DNA of 64,000 bases from a virus. The position numbers were made by a program, and so were the translations under genes. This document shows positions 30,624 through 40,075 of the stretch, piece after piece. The DNA lies in the IMG/VR virus record IMGVR_UViG_3300030419_006105, positions 32,001 to 96,000 of that record; one strand, 5' to 3'. A model generated the notes under the pieces. The model worked only from the letters and a program-made list of their open reading frames with translations, made no database searches and had not been told where the DNA came from. How positions within the stretch are numbered: the stretch's first letter is position 1; each line of letters starts with the position of its first letter.

Positions 30624-31324
30624 AAACTTTAATAGCAACAGCTACTAAACATGATATAGACGGGTTTAAAAATACTAGACTATCAAAAAGTTTAACATAT
30701 CACAAAGAAAATCAAAGCGTTGTAAACTATGAATTAGAACCAACATTTAATAATACAACTGGTTTATGTTCTGTATATAATAATTATCTAACGAAAAAAT
30801 ACCTAAAGAAATATGACTGTATATTATTTGTACATGATGATTTACATATCGATAGTGTTAATTTTTTAACATGCATAAGAGAGTATTTTAAAAAGGGTTA
30901 TGATGTAGTAGGATTAGCTGGCGGTAGTAAAATACAAATTAAAAAACCATGTCTATGGCATATTTTATGTAAACCGGAAACCCTATCAGGAGTTGTAGCT
31001 CATTACAAAAACAAAACAGATTATTATCAAACTATATTTGGACAAGTACCAAAAGAAGTTGTATTATTAGACGGTTTATTTTTAGCTGTAAAGACAAAAT
31101 CATTAGCATTACATAATATACGATTTGATGAAAATATAAAAGGATTCCATCATTATGATCTAAAATTTTGTTTAGATTGCCATTTAGCAGGTATGCGTTT
31201 GACGACAGCTCCAATACAAGTAATTCATGACTCACCAGGCTTAACTAAATTCACAGAAGAATTTGCAAAATCAGAGGAGTACCTATATAATGTACTCGTA
31301 AAACATGCTGACCAGCGAAAATAA
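30620..31324 (+). CDS. GT-A glycosyltransferase-like protein
   Basis: FVHDD, VVGLAG, LDGLFLA, FDE..FHHYDL. Confidence 0.75.
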   Translation: MKTLIATATKHDIDGFKNTRLSKSLTYHKENQSVVNYELEPTFNNTTGLCSVYNNYLTKKYLKKYDCILFVHDDLHIDSVNFLTCIREYFKKGYDVVGLAGGSKIQIKKPCLWHILCKPETLSGVVAHYKNKTDYYQTIFGQVPKEVVLLDGLFLAVKTKSLALHNIRFDENIKGFHHYDLKFCLDCHLAGMRLTTAPIQVIHDSPGLTKFTEEFAKSEEYLYNVLVKHADQRK

Positions 31325-32651
31325 TTATTTAGATATAGATCTTGATTATTTAGAGAAAATAGTATTTAAAAATTGTCTTGAAGATGATATTTATTTAAAT
31401 TCTATTATTGATAATCTTAATTATAAGTTTTTTAAAAATAAAGACTTTCAACAGATTATTAAATTAATTCAAGCTCTATATAAGAAGAATAATAAGAGAC
31501 CAACGCGTACAGAATTAGAATTATACTTAAATAATGATCAGTTAAAAGAACATTATAATAAAAGTAAAATAATAATTAATGACGTTGATTCAGATTTAAC
31601 ATCTGAAGATTTATATGCTTATACAGAAAAATACTTGCAAGAGCAAGCTGTATTTAATACATTTTTAGAAATTGTTGATAGTAAAGAGAGAGATGTAAAA
31701 ACAATACATGATAAGTTTAATAAAGCTTGTAATATTTCTATTACTACAAATGTAGGTCATAATTATTTTAAAGACATTGAAGAACATATAACCAATTTAA
31801 CTACAAGAGAACATAAAATTAAAACTGGGTGGGATTGGTTAGATGAAAGATTAGATGGAGGTTTCCTGGAAGCTGGTAGAAGTATGTATGTATTTGCAGG
31901 TCCGACTAATGTAGGTAAATCTATATTCTTAAGCAATATAGCCACGACTGCAGCAAGTGAAGGAAAAAATGTACTAGTAATTTCTCTTGAAATGTCAGAA
32001 ATGATATATAGTAAGAGAATAACTTCTAGGTTAACTGGACTACCTATAAATCATTTAGATCAACATATAGATGGTCTAAGAGAGAGTGTAGGTAAATTTA
32101 AAATGTTACACCCTAGAGCTAATATTATAATTAAAGAATTTGCACCTAATTCTATTACACCTCCTCAATTAGAAGGTTTTATTAAAAAGCTTATTAATAA
32201 ACAATTTAAACCTGATATTATAGTTTTAGATTATTTAAATTTGATGGCTAGTACATATGGTAATAATTCGTATGAAAGAATTAAAAGTATATCAGAGCAA
32301 GTAAGAGCTATGTCGTATACATTTGAATGTCCAGTTGTATCTGCTACACAAGTAAACCGTACAGGATATGGTAATAACGCTGGAGGTCCTGGACTTGAAT
32401 CTATTGGAGAAAGTTACGGATTAGGTGCAACAGCAGATGCTATTGTTAGTATATGGAGAACAGAAGAAGATGAAGAAGATAACGCCTTACATATAGGTAT
32501 TATTAAAAACCGATTTGGTTCTAATACAGGTAGTACAAGATTAAGCATAGACTATAATACTTTAACATTAACTGAAAATACCGACTTAAATGTTAATAAT
32601 GATATTAACGCAGCTGAAGATGATGCTGTACAATTCGGTAGGGTTGTGTAA
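31305..32651 (+). CDS. gp41: Replicative DnaB-like helicase
   Basis: GPTNVGKS, SLEMSE, LDYLNL, SATQVNR, ESYGL, KNRFG. Confidence 0.93.
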   Translation: MLTSENNYLDIDLDYLEKIVFKNCLEDDIYLNSIIDNLNYKFFKNKDFQQIIKLIQALYKKNNKRPTRTELELYLNNDQLKEHYNKSKIIINDVDSDLTSEDLYAYTEKYLQEQAVFNTFLEIVDSKERDVKTIHDKFNKACNISITTNVGHNYFKDIEEHITNLTTREHKIKTGWDWLDERLDGGFLEAGRSMYVFAGPTNVGKSIFLSNIATTAASEGKNVLVISLEMSEMIYSKRITSRLTGLPINHLDQHIDGLRESVGKFKMLHPRANIIIKEFAPNSITPPQLEGFIKKLINKQFKPDIIVLDYLNLMASTYGNNSYERIKSISEQVRAMSYTFECPVVSATQVNRTGYGNNAGGPGLESIGESYGLGATADAIVSIWRTEEDEEDNALHIGIIKNRFGSNTGSTRLSIDYNTLTLTENTDLNVNNDINAAEDDAVQFGRVV

Positions 32652-32660
32652 ATATATACA

Positions 32661-33545
32661 ATGGCCAAAGAGGATTTAATATTTACAGATCTAGATTTAG
32701 ACGGAAGCTGTAGCTATTTAACATACTCTTGGTTCACTCAAACTAAACCAAAAGTAATAACAGTAAAGGTTTCATCTTTACGTGAAAAATTTCTAGCATG
32801 GTTAAAACATAATAAAATTAGTGATTATAAACGAATATACTTTTTTGACTTAGATACAACAGAAATAAAAGATCTTATTGATAAGAAAAACGTTACAATA
32901 TTTGATCACCATAAATCCCATGAAGAAGAATATAAAAACGCTACTACTATAATTGATAAAGAATGTACTTCATGTAGTAAATTAATATATACATTTTATA
33001 AAGATAAAGCTAATCTTACAGTAGAGCAAAAAAAACTCATAGCTTTAGTTAATGACTATGATTGTTATGAATTAAAATTTCCAGAAAGTAATAAATTAAA
33101 TTTTCTCTTTTGGTATAAAAATGGAGATAAATTACAAAATTTTATTAATGATTTTGAATCTGGTTTTCACGGTTTTGATAATGAGCAAAACAAAATTATT
33201 AGTTATCATTTTTATAAATTTAAAAAATTAAGAGATCAAATACAATTATATAAATCTACATTGAGTATAGGTAAAAAGAAATATAAGTTTATTAGTACAT
33301 TTGCTAACGAATATGTAAATGATTTATGTCAATATATTATTGATAATAATGATTGTGATGTATGTTTAATGATTAACTTAAAAAACAATAGAGTTTATTT
33401 ACGTAAAAATAGAAAGGTAGATTTAAATCTAGGGAAGTTCGCTAAAAAAGTATGTGAAGGAGGTGGTCATGAATATGCAGCAGGCGGTGTATTAAATGAC
33501 AATATACTCACATTAAGCAAAAAGTTCATACCACTAAATGGATAA
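32661..33545 (+). CDS. DHH/DHHA1 phosphoesterase
   Basis: DLDLDG, FFDL, FDHH, GGGHEYAAG. Confidence 0.85.
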   Translation: MAKEDLIFTDLDLDGSCSYLTYSWFTQTKPKVITVKVSSLREKFLAWLKHNKISDYKRIYFFDLDTTEIKDLIDKKNVTIFDHHKSHEEEYKNATTIIDKECTSCSKLIYTFYKDKANLTVEQKKLIALVNDYDCYELKFPESNKLNFLFWYKNGDKLQNFINDFESGFHGFDNEQNKIISYHFYKFKKLRDQIQLYKSTLSIGKKKYKFISTFANEYVNDLCQYIIDNNDCDVCLMINLKNNRVYLRKNRKVDLNLGKFAKKVCEGGGHEYAAGGVLNDNILTLSKKFIPLNG

Positions 33546-33813
33546 TCCTTATACAACATTAGAAAAAAAAGATATAGTACATAAGTTTTTAAGCTTATGT
33601 AGTTTTGTATCTATTTGCGAAAATAAAAAATTAAATTTAGCTAATGTATTTTTATTAGTTCTTAAAAATAAAAAATATAGAGATTTATTTAAAGAAATTC
33701 TTATAATTGAGAGTAATTATGAACTTGTAAAATTATTTTTACAACATGACCCGTACTTATATAAAAGTAAGTATATCACTAAGTTTTTAAAAAAACACAC
33801 TCTTAATTTATGA
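33538..33813 (+). CDS. Hypothetical protein
   Basis: 91 aa ORF overlapping both neighbours. Confidence 0.6.
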   Translation: MDNPYTTLEKKDIVHKFLSLCSFVSICENKKLNLANVFLLVLKNKKYRDLFKEILIIESNYELVKLFLQHDPYLYKSKYITKFLKKHTLNL

Positions 33814-34457
33814 CTGATCAGGATCAATTAAGCATATACGAACAAAACATATATAATACATATCTTAGAACTGCACGAAAAAATAAAGGGTTTACTCCTA
33901 GAAAAAATTTTAAAGATCTAGATAATGAAAAATATGTTTTAATTAAAAAAGTCTCTAAAACTCTACAAAACAAAAAAATTGACCCTACATTATTTTTTAT
34001 TGCTCCATATGAGTTACATTCAGAAAAACACGTTTCATTAAATTTCTATAGTACATTTGGAGCTATAACTACATATAGAAAATACGTTCAACAAATAGAA
34101 TTAACTGACCCTGATCATATTTTTAATATTACTCAATTAAGAAATAGTATGAAATATATTTATCAAATATGTGCAGATAATAATATTAAAGATTGTGAGG
34201 AATACTTATTATTTCAAAAAGGTGTATATCCAAATTTTATTTTAGATTTAAAAGAAGGTAATGTAAGTTTTTATAGCTTGATTGCTCTAGATCTATGCGA
34301 AAATAAAATTAAGCTAGAAAAAAATATAGTTGAATTTGCATGTAAAGGATTTTATAATACCTTAAGCAGTTTGAGAACTCGATACACATTTTCGAAAAAA
34401 ATCAAACCGTTGAGTATAAAACTTATTAAAACTATAAATAAAATATTAAAAATATGA
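33810..34457 (+). CDS. Hypothetical protein (position and size compatible with a gp59-like helicase loader)
   Basis: 215 aa basic protein immediately upstream of gp32; no diagnostic motif. Confidence 0.5.
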   Translation: MTDQDQLSIYEQNIYNTYLRTARKNKGFTPRKNFKDLDNEKYVLIKKVSKTLQNKKIDPTLFFIAPYELHSEKHVSLNFYSTFGAITTYRKYVQQIELTDPDHIFNITQLRNSMKYIYQICADNNIKDCEEYLLFQKGVYPNFILDLKEGNVSFYSLIALDLCENKIKLEKNIVEFACKGFYNTLSSLRTRYTFSKKIKPLSIKLIKTINKILKI

Positions 34458-35320
34458 CAACGAGTATGTTCGCATCAATTAAGGACGCGCTAGCAAAACC
34501 AGCGCAAGGTAACAACACAACTAGCAATATTATGCGGTTGAAGACAGGTAACACATATGTTTTACGTTTAGTTCCGTATGTGAAAGATCCAAGTAAGACG
34601 TTTTTTCATTACTACTCACATGGATGGGTAAGTGAAGCAACTGGACAATTTCAAAGTGCTATTAGTCCACAAACATGGGGTGATAGGGATCCAATTGCCG
34701 AAGCTCGGTATAAAATTTCTCGTACTGGTACAGAGGAAGAGAAGGAAAAGGCAAAAGCTCTTAATCGTAAAGAGAATTGGTTAATTAACGTTTACGTAGT
34801 AAAGGATGGTGATAATCCAGAAAATGAAGGTAAAGTTAAAATTCTACGATTCGGTAGACAGTTACATAAAATTATTATGGAAGCTATCGAAGGAGAAGAC
34901 GCTGACGAATTTGGTGAGCGTATTTTCGATCTGACTGAAAATGGTTGCAGTCTAAAGGTTAAAGTTGAAGAGCAAGGTGGTTATCCTACTTATGTAAGTT
35001 CAAGGTTTGCTGCCCCTGCAGCAATTCCAGGTGTTACTGCAGATAATGTTAAGGATGTATATGATAAAGTATTCGATCTTGACAATGTATTTCCTGTTAA
35101 GAGTTATGAGGAATTGCAGACTATGCTTAATGAGCATTATCATGGACTAGATAGTTCTACTGTAGAGGAGCAAACACATGCCCCGGCTACAACATCAACT
35201 AAAGTAGATGATGATGACGATGATGATATTAATTTCGATGATATCGAACCTACATCAAAGTCTAACGATACTCCTGTTGATGATACTAAAGTAAAAGAAT
35301 TACTTGATAGCTTGGATTAA
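34454..35320 (+). CDS. gp32: Single-stranded DNA binding protein
   Basis: LRLVP, YYSHG, NVYVVKD..NPENEGKVKI..FG, IFDL..G, YVSSRF, acidic tail. Confidence 0.9.
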   Translation: MTTSMFASIKDALAKPAQGNNTTSNIMRLKTGNTYVLRLVPYVKDPSKTFFHYYSHGWVSEATGQFQSAISPQTWGDRDPIAEARYKISRTGTEEEKEKAKALNRKENWLINVYVVKDGDNPENEGKVKILRFGRQLHKIIMEAIEGEDADEFGERIFDLTENGCSLKVKVEEQGGYPTYVSSRFAAPAAIPGVTADNVKDVYDKVFDLDNVFPVKSYEELQTMLNEHYHGLDSSTVEEQTHAPATTSTKVDDDDDDDINFDDIEPTSKSNDTPVDDTKVKELLDSLD

Positions 35321-35328
35321 ACAAATAT

Positions 35329-35354
35329 GGGGGAGGGTAACCTCCCCCTTTTTT
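35329..35354 (+). terminator. Rho-independent terminator after gp32
   Basis: GGGGGAGG-GTAA-CCTCCCCC perfect 8-bp stem with GNRA loop followed by T6. Confidence 0.9.
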
Positions 35355-35363
35355 AAAAAAACT

Positions 35364-35756
35364 ATGAACGACGAAGTTATAGAGAAATTAATGCTTCACC
35401 AGTTAAATCAACAAGCTGGTGAACTTAATCAAAATATAGTACAGAAAAGCTCTGCATTAAATGATATACCTATAGATAATAAACTATATGAATCTTCACA
35501 ACCACAACCTCAGCCACAACAATTTCAGCAACAAATTCCACAACCAGTACAACAACCCGTACAGCAAGCAGTTCAACCACAAGTACAAACTGTTGTACAA
35601 CAAGATTTAAATCCTCTAATAGAAAGAGTAACTTCTTTAGAAAAACAAGTCACTAAATTTATAACCCTTATTGAGCGTAACGTTGCAAAGAACGCAAAAG
35701 AGATTAATATAAGAATCAAATTAAACGAAAATAATGGTTCTACCAATAAAAAGTAA
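35364..35756 (+). CDS. Gln/Pro-rich coiled-coil hypothetical protein
   Basis: Start moved to ATG 35364 (MNDEVIEK) downstream of the terminator; QPQPQQFQQQIPQPVQQPVQQ linker. Confidence 0.65.
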   Translation: MNDEVIEKLMLHQLNQQAGELNQNIVQKSSALNDIPIDNKLYESSQPQPQPQQFQQQIPQPVQQPVQQAVQPQVQTVVQQDLNPLIERVTSLEKQVTKFITLIERNVAKNAKEINIRIKLNENNGSTNKK

Positions 35757-36465
35757 AGACAATTTTATTAGGAGTTTTCTTAATCCTGTCTCAAGACTAG
35801 ATACATCTGCTACACTACTCGTTGATAATATTATCTCAGCAGTTGTACATAATAATTCAAATATTTTTCTTCGTGCAGAATATAAAATAAATTGGGAAGA
35901 TCATCCTCAAGATTATATATTATGCTTACCTGATACAATTAAATTAATTAAAATATTGTCTTGCTTAGAGAAAGATGAAATTAATCTTACAATAGACGAC
36001 AATTGTATTACATATAAAGATGATAACAATAGATTCAAATATCATCTATTTGATGATAGCTTAAAATCTAAAAATGCATTTGATTTTGCCAAGATTAATA
36101 ATATTAATTTCGGTACCAGTTTTGATTTAACTCGTGAAAAGAATAGTGCGTTACTTAAAGCGTTACCATTTGTTACTGAAACAAGTAAAGTATATTTAAA
36201 AACTGAAGGTAGAACTGTTTTTGCTGAATTATCAGATAAAAAAATACAAAATATAGATAGTTATACGGCTTTAATTGCAGATGAGTTTGATGGAGATGAT
36301 TTAAATTATGAATTAATATTAGATGTAGAATTATTTAGACTTATCTCGACATTGAGTTTTGATACTGCAAAAGTATATATTAATAACGAATATAAGATGT
36401 TAATGATGAAGTTAGAACTTAACGAAGCTACTCTTACATTTGTAAGTACGAGTTATAAAAATTAA
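35734..36465 (+). CDS. gp45: Sliding clamp-like protein
   Basis: 243 aa, two-lobed alpha/beta pattern, replication-module location; clamp loader present in window. Confidence 0.6.
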   Translation: MVLPIKSKDNFIRSFLNPVSRLDTSATLLVDNIISAVVHNNSNIFLRAEYKINWEDHPQDYILCLPDTIKLIKILSCLEKDEINLTIDDNCITYKDDNNRFKYHLFDDSLKSKNAFDFAKINNINFGTSFDLTREKNSALLKALPFVTETSKVYLKTEGRTVFAELSDKKIQNIDSYTALIADEFDGDDLNYELILDVELFRLISTLSFDTAKVYINNEYKMLMMKLELNEATLTFVSTSYKN

Positions 36466-36767
36466 TGAAAAATAAAGTAACAACATGTGGTTATTTTATA
36501 AAAAGGTTAAGAGATAACGGATATATAGTAAATAGAATTTTTAATCAATACCCTAAAGATGATTGTCGAAAATGGACTGTAATGATTGAACCAGGAGCGG
36601 CATCATTGTATATTACATGTTATGTGAATAAAGATTGGTACGGGGATTTAATGTTTGAACTTAACGACGGAATTAGATTTAAAAACCTCCAATTAAAAAC
36701 AGATAGTATGGAAGTAATATTTAACAAATTAATAGATAAAGAAATTATACCAAGTGAAAAAAACTAA
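36465..36767 (+). CDS. Hypothetical protein
   Basis: 100 aa ORF with TAATG coupling. Confidence 0.65.
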   Translation: MKNKVTTCGYFIKRLRDNGYIVNRIFNQYPKDDCRKWTVMIEPGAASLYITCYVNKDWYGDLMFELNDGIRFKNLQLKTDSMEVIFNKLIDKEIIPSEKN

Positions 36768-37047
36768 CAAACCAAAAAACTTCGACAATCTCCTTAAAAC
36801 AAGTATTAACGCTGCGGAAGATATAAGTAACGGAAATGAAGAGGACTTATCTGTAATAAATGATTATTTAGCTGAATATTTAAAATCATTTGTTTTACTA
36901 GGATATGATACAAAAGGAGAAAGTGTAGTTATATTATCTGGTAAAACAGCGCAAGATTATGATGCATTAGAAACCCTATTACGTAGAATAGGTAATATAG
37001 ATTTTTTTAATAATATTCAAGAAGAAAAAACTAAGTCAAATGAATAA
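36754..37047 (+). CDS. Hypothetical protein
   Basis: 97 aa ORF in operon. Confidence 0.6.
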   Translation: MKKTNKPKNFDNLLKTSINAAEDISNGNEEDLSVINDYLAEYLKSFVLLGYDTKGESVVILSGKTAQDYDALETLLRRIGNIDFFNNIQEEKTKSNE

Positions 37048-37972
37048 GATAATTGTTTTAGGTAACGGTTATATCGGTAAACAGGTGTATAAACATCTTA
37101 CGTCAACAATGACGGATTTTGATGTAAAATTACTAAACTCATATGAGTATAATTGCCCAAGTGTATTAAGAGAGACTCTTTTTACAAATTTAAAAACTGA
37201 ATTTATTACAAATAGAGAAATTCATCCTCACACAAGTCAATCTCATGAAACCAACCAAAAATGGCTTATTAACTGTGTAGGTTATACTGGGAAGCCAAAT
37301 GTAGATGCATGTGAGAATGATAAACAAACCTGTTGGGACTTAAACGTTACATTTCCTACTTTACTAGCAAATGAATGTGCAAAATATAATGTAAAAATTA
37401 TTAATATTAGTTCTGGTTGTATATATGATACTGAAGATGGTAAATCTATTTTTAATGAAGAAGATTGGCCAAATTTCGGTTTAAATAGTTCTAGTAGTAG
37501 CTGGTATAGTCGCACTAAACATGCGGCAGAGCTTAATCTCAATGCATTTGACAATATATATACTCTACGTATACGTATGCCTATATGTAATAATTTTAAT
37601 TCTAGTAAAAACTATTTAACTAAGATTTTAAAGTATAATGACATATTACAAGAAGTTAATTCAAAGACTGTAATCGAAGATTTGTATAATACAGTGAGTA
37701 AGATAATATATCGACAAGATATACCAACAGGAATATATAACTGTGTTAATCCTGAACCATTAGATACAAAAACAGTAACACAAATTCTCGACAAATATGG
37801 TATGTGGAACCCTAATTGGAATTTTATTGATTATAATGGACTAAAAAATCATATTAAAGCAAATAGATCTAATTGTATTCTTACAACCGATAAATGTAGA
37901 GAAGTAGGTATAGAGTTTCCTTCGGAAGAAGAATCATTACATCGTATATTAGCTAAAACTAATGAAGAATAA
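37040..37972 (+). CDS. RmlD-like / NRS-ER-type NDP-4-keto-6-deoxyglucose (epimerase-)reductase
   Basis: LGNGYIG, GYTGKPNVDACE, SSGCIY, YSRTK, LRIRMP, RSNC. Confidence 0.85.
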   Translation: MNKIIVLGNGYIGKQVYKHLTSTMTDFDVKLLNSYEYNCPSVLRETLFTNLKTEFITNREIHPHTSQSHETNQKWLINCVGYTGKPNVDACENDKQTCWDLNVTFPTLLANECAKYNVKIINISSGCIYDTEDGKSIFNEEDWPNFGLNSSSSSWYSRTKHAAELNLNAFDNIYTLRIRMPICNNFNSSKNYLTKILKYNDILQEVNSKTVIEDLYNTVSKIIYRQDIPTGIYNCVNPEPLDTKTVTQILDKYGMWNPNWNFIDYNGLKNHIKANRSNCILTTDKCREVGIEFPSEEESLHRILAKTNEE

Positions 37973-38996
37973 AAAAATACTAGTTACTGGAGGTTTAGGT
38001 TTTATTGGAAGTCATTTCGTTGAACTACTACATAAAAAGTGTACAAATTGTATAATAACTATAGTAGATAATTATAGTTATTGTGTCTCTCAAAAAACAG
38101 AAGATTATTTATGGGATTTATATGAACCTTTTCCATGGTATAGGGGCGATAAAAAGAATAAATTAGAAATAATATATAGTGATATTAATGATTATGACGA
38201 TGTAGCTAAACATGATTATATTATAAATTTTGCTGCTGAATCTCATGTAGATAATAGTATTAAGAATGGAGACCCATTTTTAACATCTAATGTTAACGGT
38301 GTATACTATTTACTAAAACAAGTTAAAGAACATCAACGTTTTATTCAAATTGGTACTGATGAAGTTTATGGTAGTTTAGAGCTTAATTCTTCCCCAAGCG
38401 AAGAAGGTCATTTATTAGAACCATCTTCTGTTTATTCTTCAACAAAAGCAGCTGCAGATTTAATATCCTTATCATTTTATCATACTTATAATAAAGATGT
38501 TATTGTAACAAGATGTACTAATAATTTTGGCCCTAGACAGTATCATGAAAAATTAATACCTGTAGTGATTAAAAAAGCATTAGCAGATGAATCTATACCG
38601 GTTTATGGCACTGGTGAAAATATACGACAATGGATATATGTAAAGGATCATTGTGAGAAAATTTATAACATATTAAAGTTTGGTACTGCAGGAAAAATAT
38701 ATAATATAGCTCCAGATTACTACGAAGGAGAATCTGAAATTAACAATATTAATCTTGTTCAAGAAATACTATTTAATCTTAAAAAACCAGAGAAATTAAT
38801 ATCGTTTGTTGAGGATAGGAAAGGTCATGATGTGCGATACTCTTTAAGGCAAGGTATGTATAGAGCTATGATGATAATGAATGATCAACAATTAGAACTA
38901 CCAGGAATAGAAAAAACATTTGCCGATGATTTAAGATATACTATAATGTGGTACAAAAAACATAATGACTGGTGGGACAAAAAATCTAATAATTGA
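37962..38996 (+). CDS. rmlB: dTDP-glucose 4,6-dehydratase
   Basis: TGGLGFIGS, AAESHVDNS, TDEVYG, YSSTKA, NNFGPRQ..EKLIP, DRKGHDVRY. Confidence 0.93.
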   Translation: MKNKKILVTGGLGFIGSHFVELLHKKCTNCIITIVDNYSYCVSQKTEDYLWDLYEPFPWYRGDKKNKLEIIYSDINDYDDVAKHDYIINFAAESHVDNSIKNGDPFLTSNVNGVYYLLKQVKEHQRFIQIGTDEVYGSLELNSSPSEEGHLLEPSSVYSSTKAAADLISLSFYHTYNKDVIVTRCTNNFGPRQYHEKLIPVVIKKALADESIPVYGTGENIRQWIYVKDHCEKIYNILKFGTAGKIYNIAPDYYEGESEINNINLVQEILFNLKKPEKLISFVEDRKGHDVRYSLRQGMYRAMMIMNDQQLELPGIEKTFADDLRYTIMWYKKHNDWWDKKSNN

Positions 38997-39909
38997 TGGT
39001 AATAACTTACTTTACAGAATATTCTGGACTAGTAACTATAAAATTGAAGAGTCACAAAGCCCTGGACAAATTTTTTTATTTTTAAGATCATTAAAATCTT
39101 ATGTAGATAAATTTCAACCAGATAATATTTATTGTACATGGGATAAGAAATTAGAATGGCCTTCAACAAATTTTCGCAGAGAAGCTACTGCAGTACAATA
39201 TAAAGCTGGGCGAGATGATGAAAAGTTTAAAGATGTTTTTGAATATGCTGAAAAAATACAGGAACTTATTAATGATTTAGGTGTATTTAATATATATCCT
39301 CTACGAATGGAGGCTGATGATTTAATGGCATATTTATCACACAGACTTCCAGGTCCTAGTGTAATTATAACTACAGATAAAGATTTACTACAAACTGTAT
39401 CTAAAAACACTATCGTATATAATCCTATAAAAAAGAAAGAAATAAATTTAAACAATTTTGAAGAATATACAGGTGTAAAAAAAGAATATTATATTTCGTT
39501 TAGAGCAGTAACTGGAGATAAGTCAGATAATATTCCTGGTTTTCCTAGATATGGTATAAAAAGATTCCTTAAATTAGAACATAAATTAGTTTCCCTAGAA
39601 GGTGAAGAAACTGCTCTAATAAAAGGAGATGCAATCACAGAAGAACAATTTGAAATATATAAGCGCAATTGGAAACTAATGGATCTTAAACAGGGATATG
39701 CTTATTATGATGACGAAGTACCAGCCTACGAAAAGCAATTAGAACAACTAAGAAACCATAAGAGTAATTTTTCTAAATTTCTAGATGAAGCTAAAAAATT
39801 AAACTTATGGTCTATTGTGAGAAACTATACATCGTGGAGAAACTCGTTTGATAATAACGAGATTTTATTAAATACTATTAACAAGGCTATAAAAAATGCA
39901 TGTACCTAA
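38965..39909 (+). CDS. rnh: 5'-3' exonuclease / RNase H (T4 rnh, FEN family)
   Basis: IIDGNN, YKAGR, EADD, TTDKDLLQ, GDKSDNIPG. Confidence 0.9.
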   Translation: MTGGTKNLIIDGNNLLYRIFWTSNYKIEESQSPGQIFLFLRSLKSYVDKFQPDNIYCTWDKKLEWPSTNFRREATAVQYKAGRDDEKFKDVFEYAEKIQELINDLGVFNIYPLRMEADDLMAYLSHRLPGPSVIITTDKDLLQTVSKNTIVYNPIKKKEINLNNFEEYTGVKKEYYISFRAVTGDKSDNIPGFPRYGIKRFLKLEHKLVSLEGEETALIKGDAITEEQFEIYKRNWKLMDLKQGYAYYDDEVPAYEKQLEQLRNHKSNFSKFLDEAKKLNLWSIVRNYTSWRNSFDNNEILLNTINKAIKNACT

Positions 39910-40075
39910 TCAACCAAAATCTATTATAGCTCCATCAGGAGCAACGGCGCGACCTGTACTTAAAAATGTTCGGTTTGGTGATGAAATAAGAGTTGAAGCT
40001 CATTATACTGATCCAAAAACTGGACAATTTATTACTAAGATCAACGTCTCAGTTACTAAAGTAGATGATCAGTGA
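39896..40075 (+). CDS. Small 59 aa hypothetical protein
   Basis: Not in ORF track; MHVPNQPKSIIAPSG...HYTDPKTGQFITK...; fills the rnh-primase gap and overlaps both genes. Confidence 0.65.
   Translation: MHVPNQPKSIIAPSGATARPVLKNVRFGDEIRVEAHYTDPKTGQFITKINVSVTKVDDQ

Noticed and set aside
35304-35363. Upstream TTG start of ORF 35304-35756
   Set aside because: The extension runs through the gp32 terminator hairpin; ATG 35364 is more plausible.
35495-35600. CAACCACAA-type short repeats
   Set aside because: Explained by the Gln/Pro-rich coding linker; imperfect and in-frame.
5650-38160. Short apparent in-frame insertions in sugar enzymes (ThDP enzyme SPTASGGWLNPDG, RmlC RGTPSAPG, RmlD-like HPHTSQSHE, RmlB PFPWYRG)
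   Set aside because: No shared sequence or flanking repeats; cannot be distinguished from ordinary loop variation without alignments.
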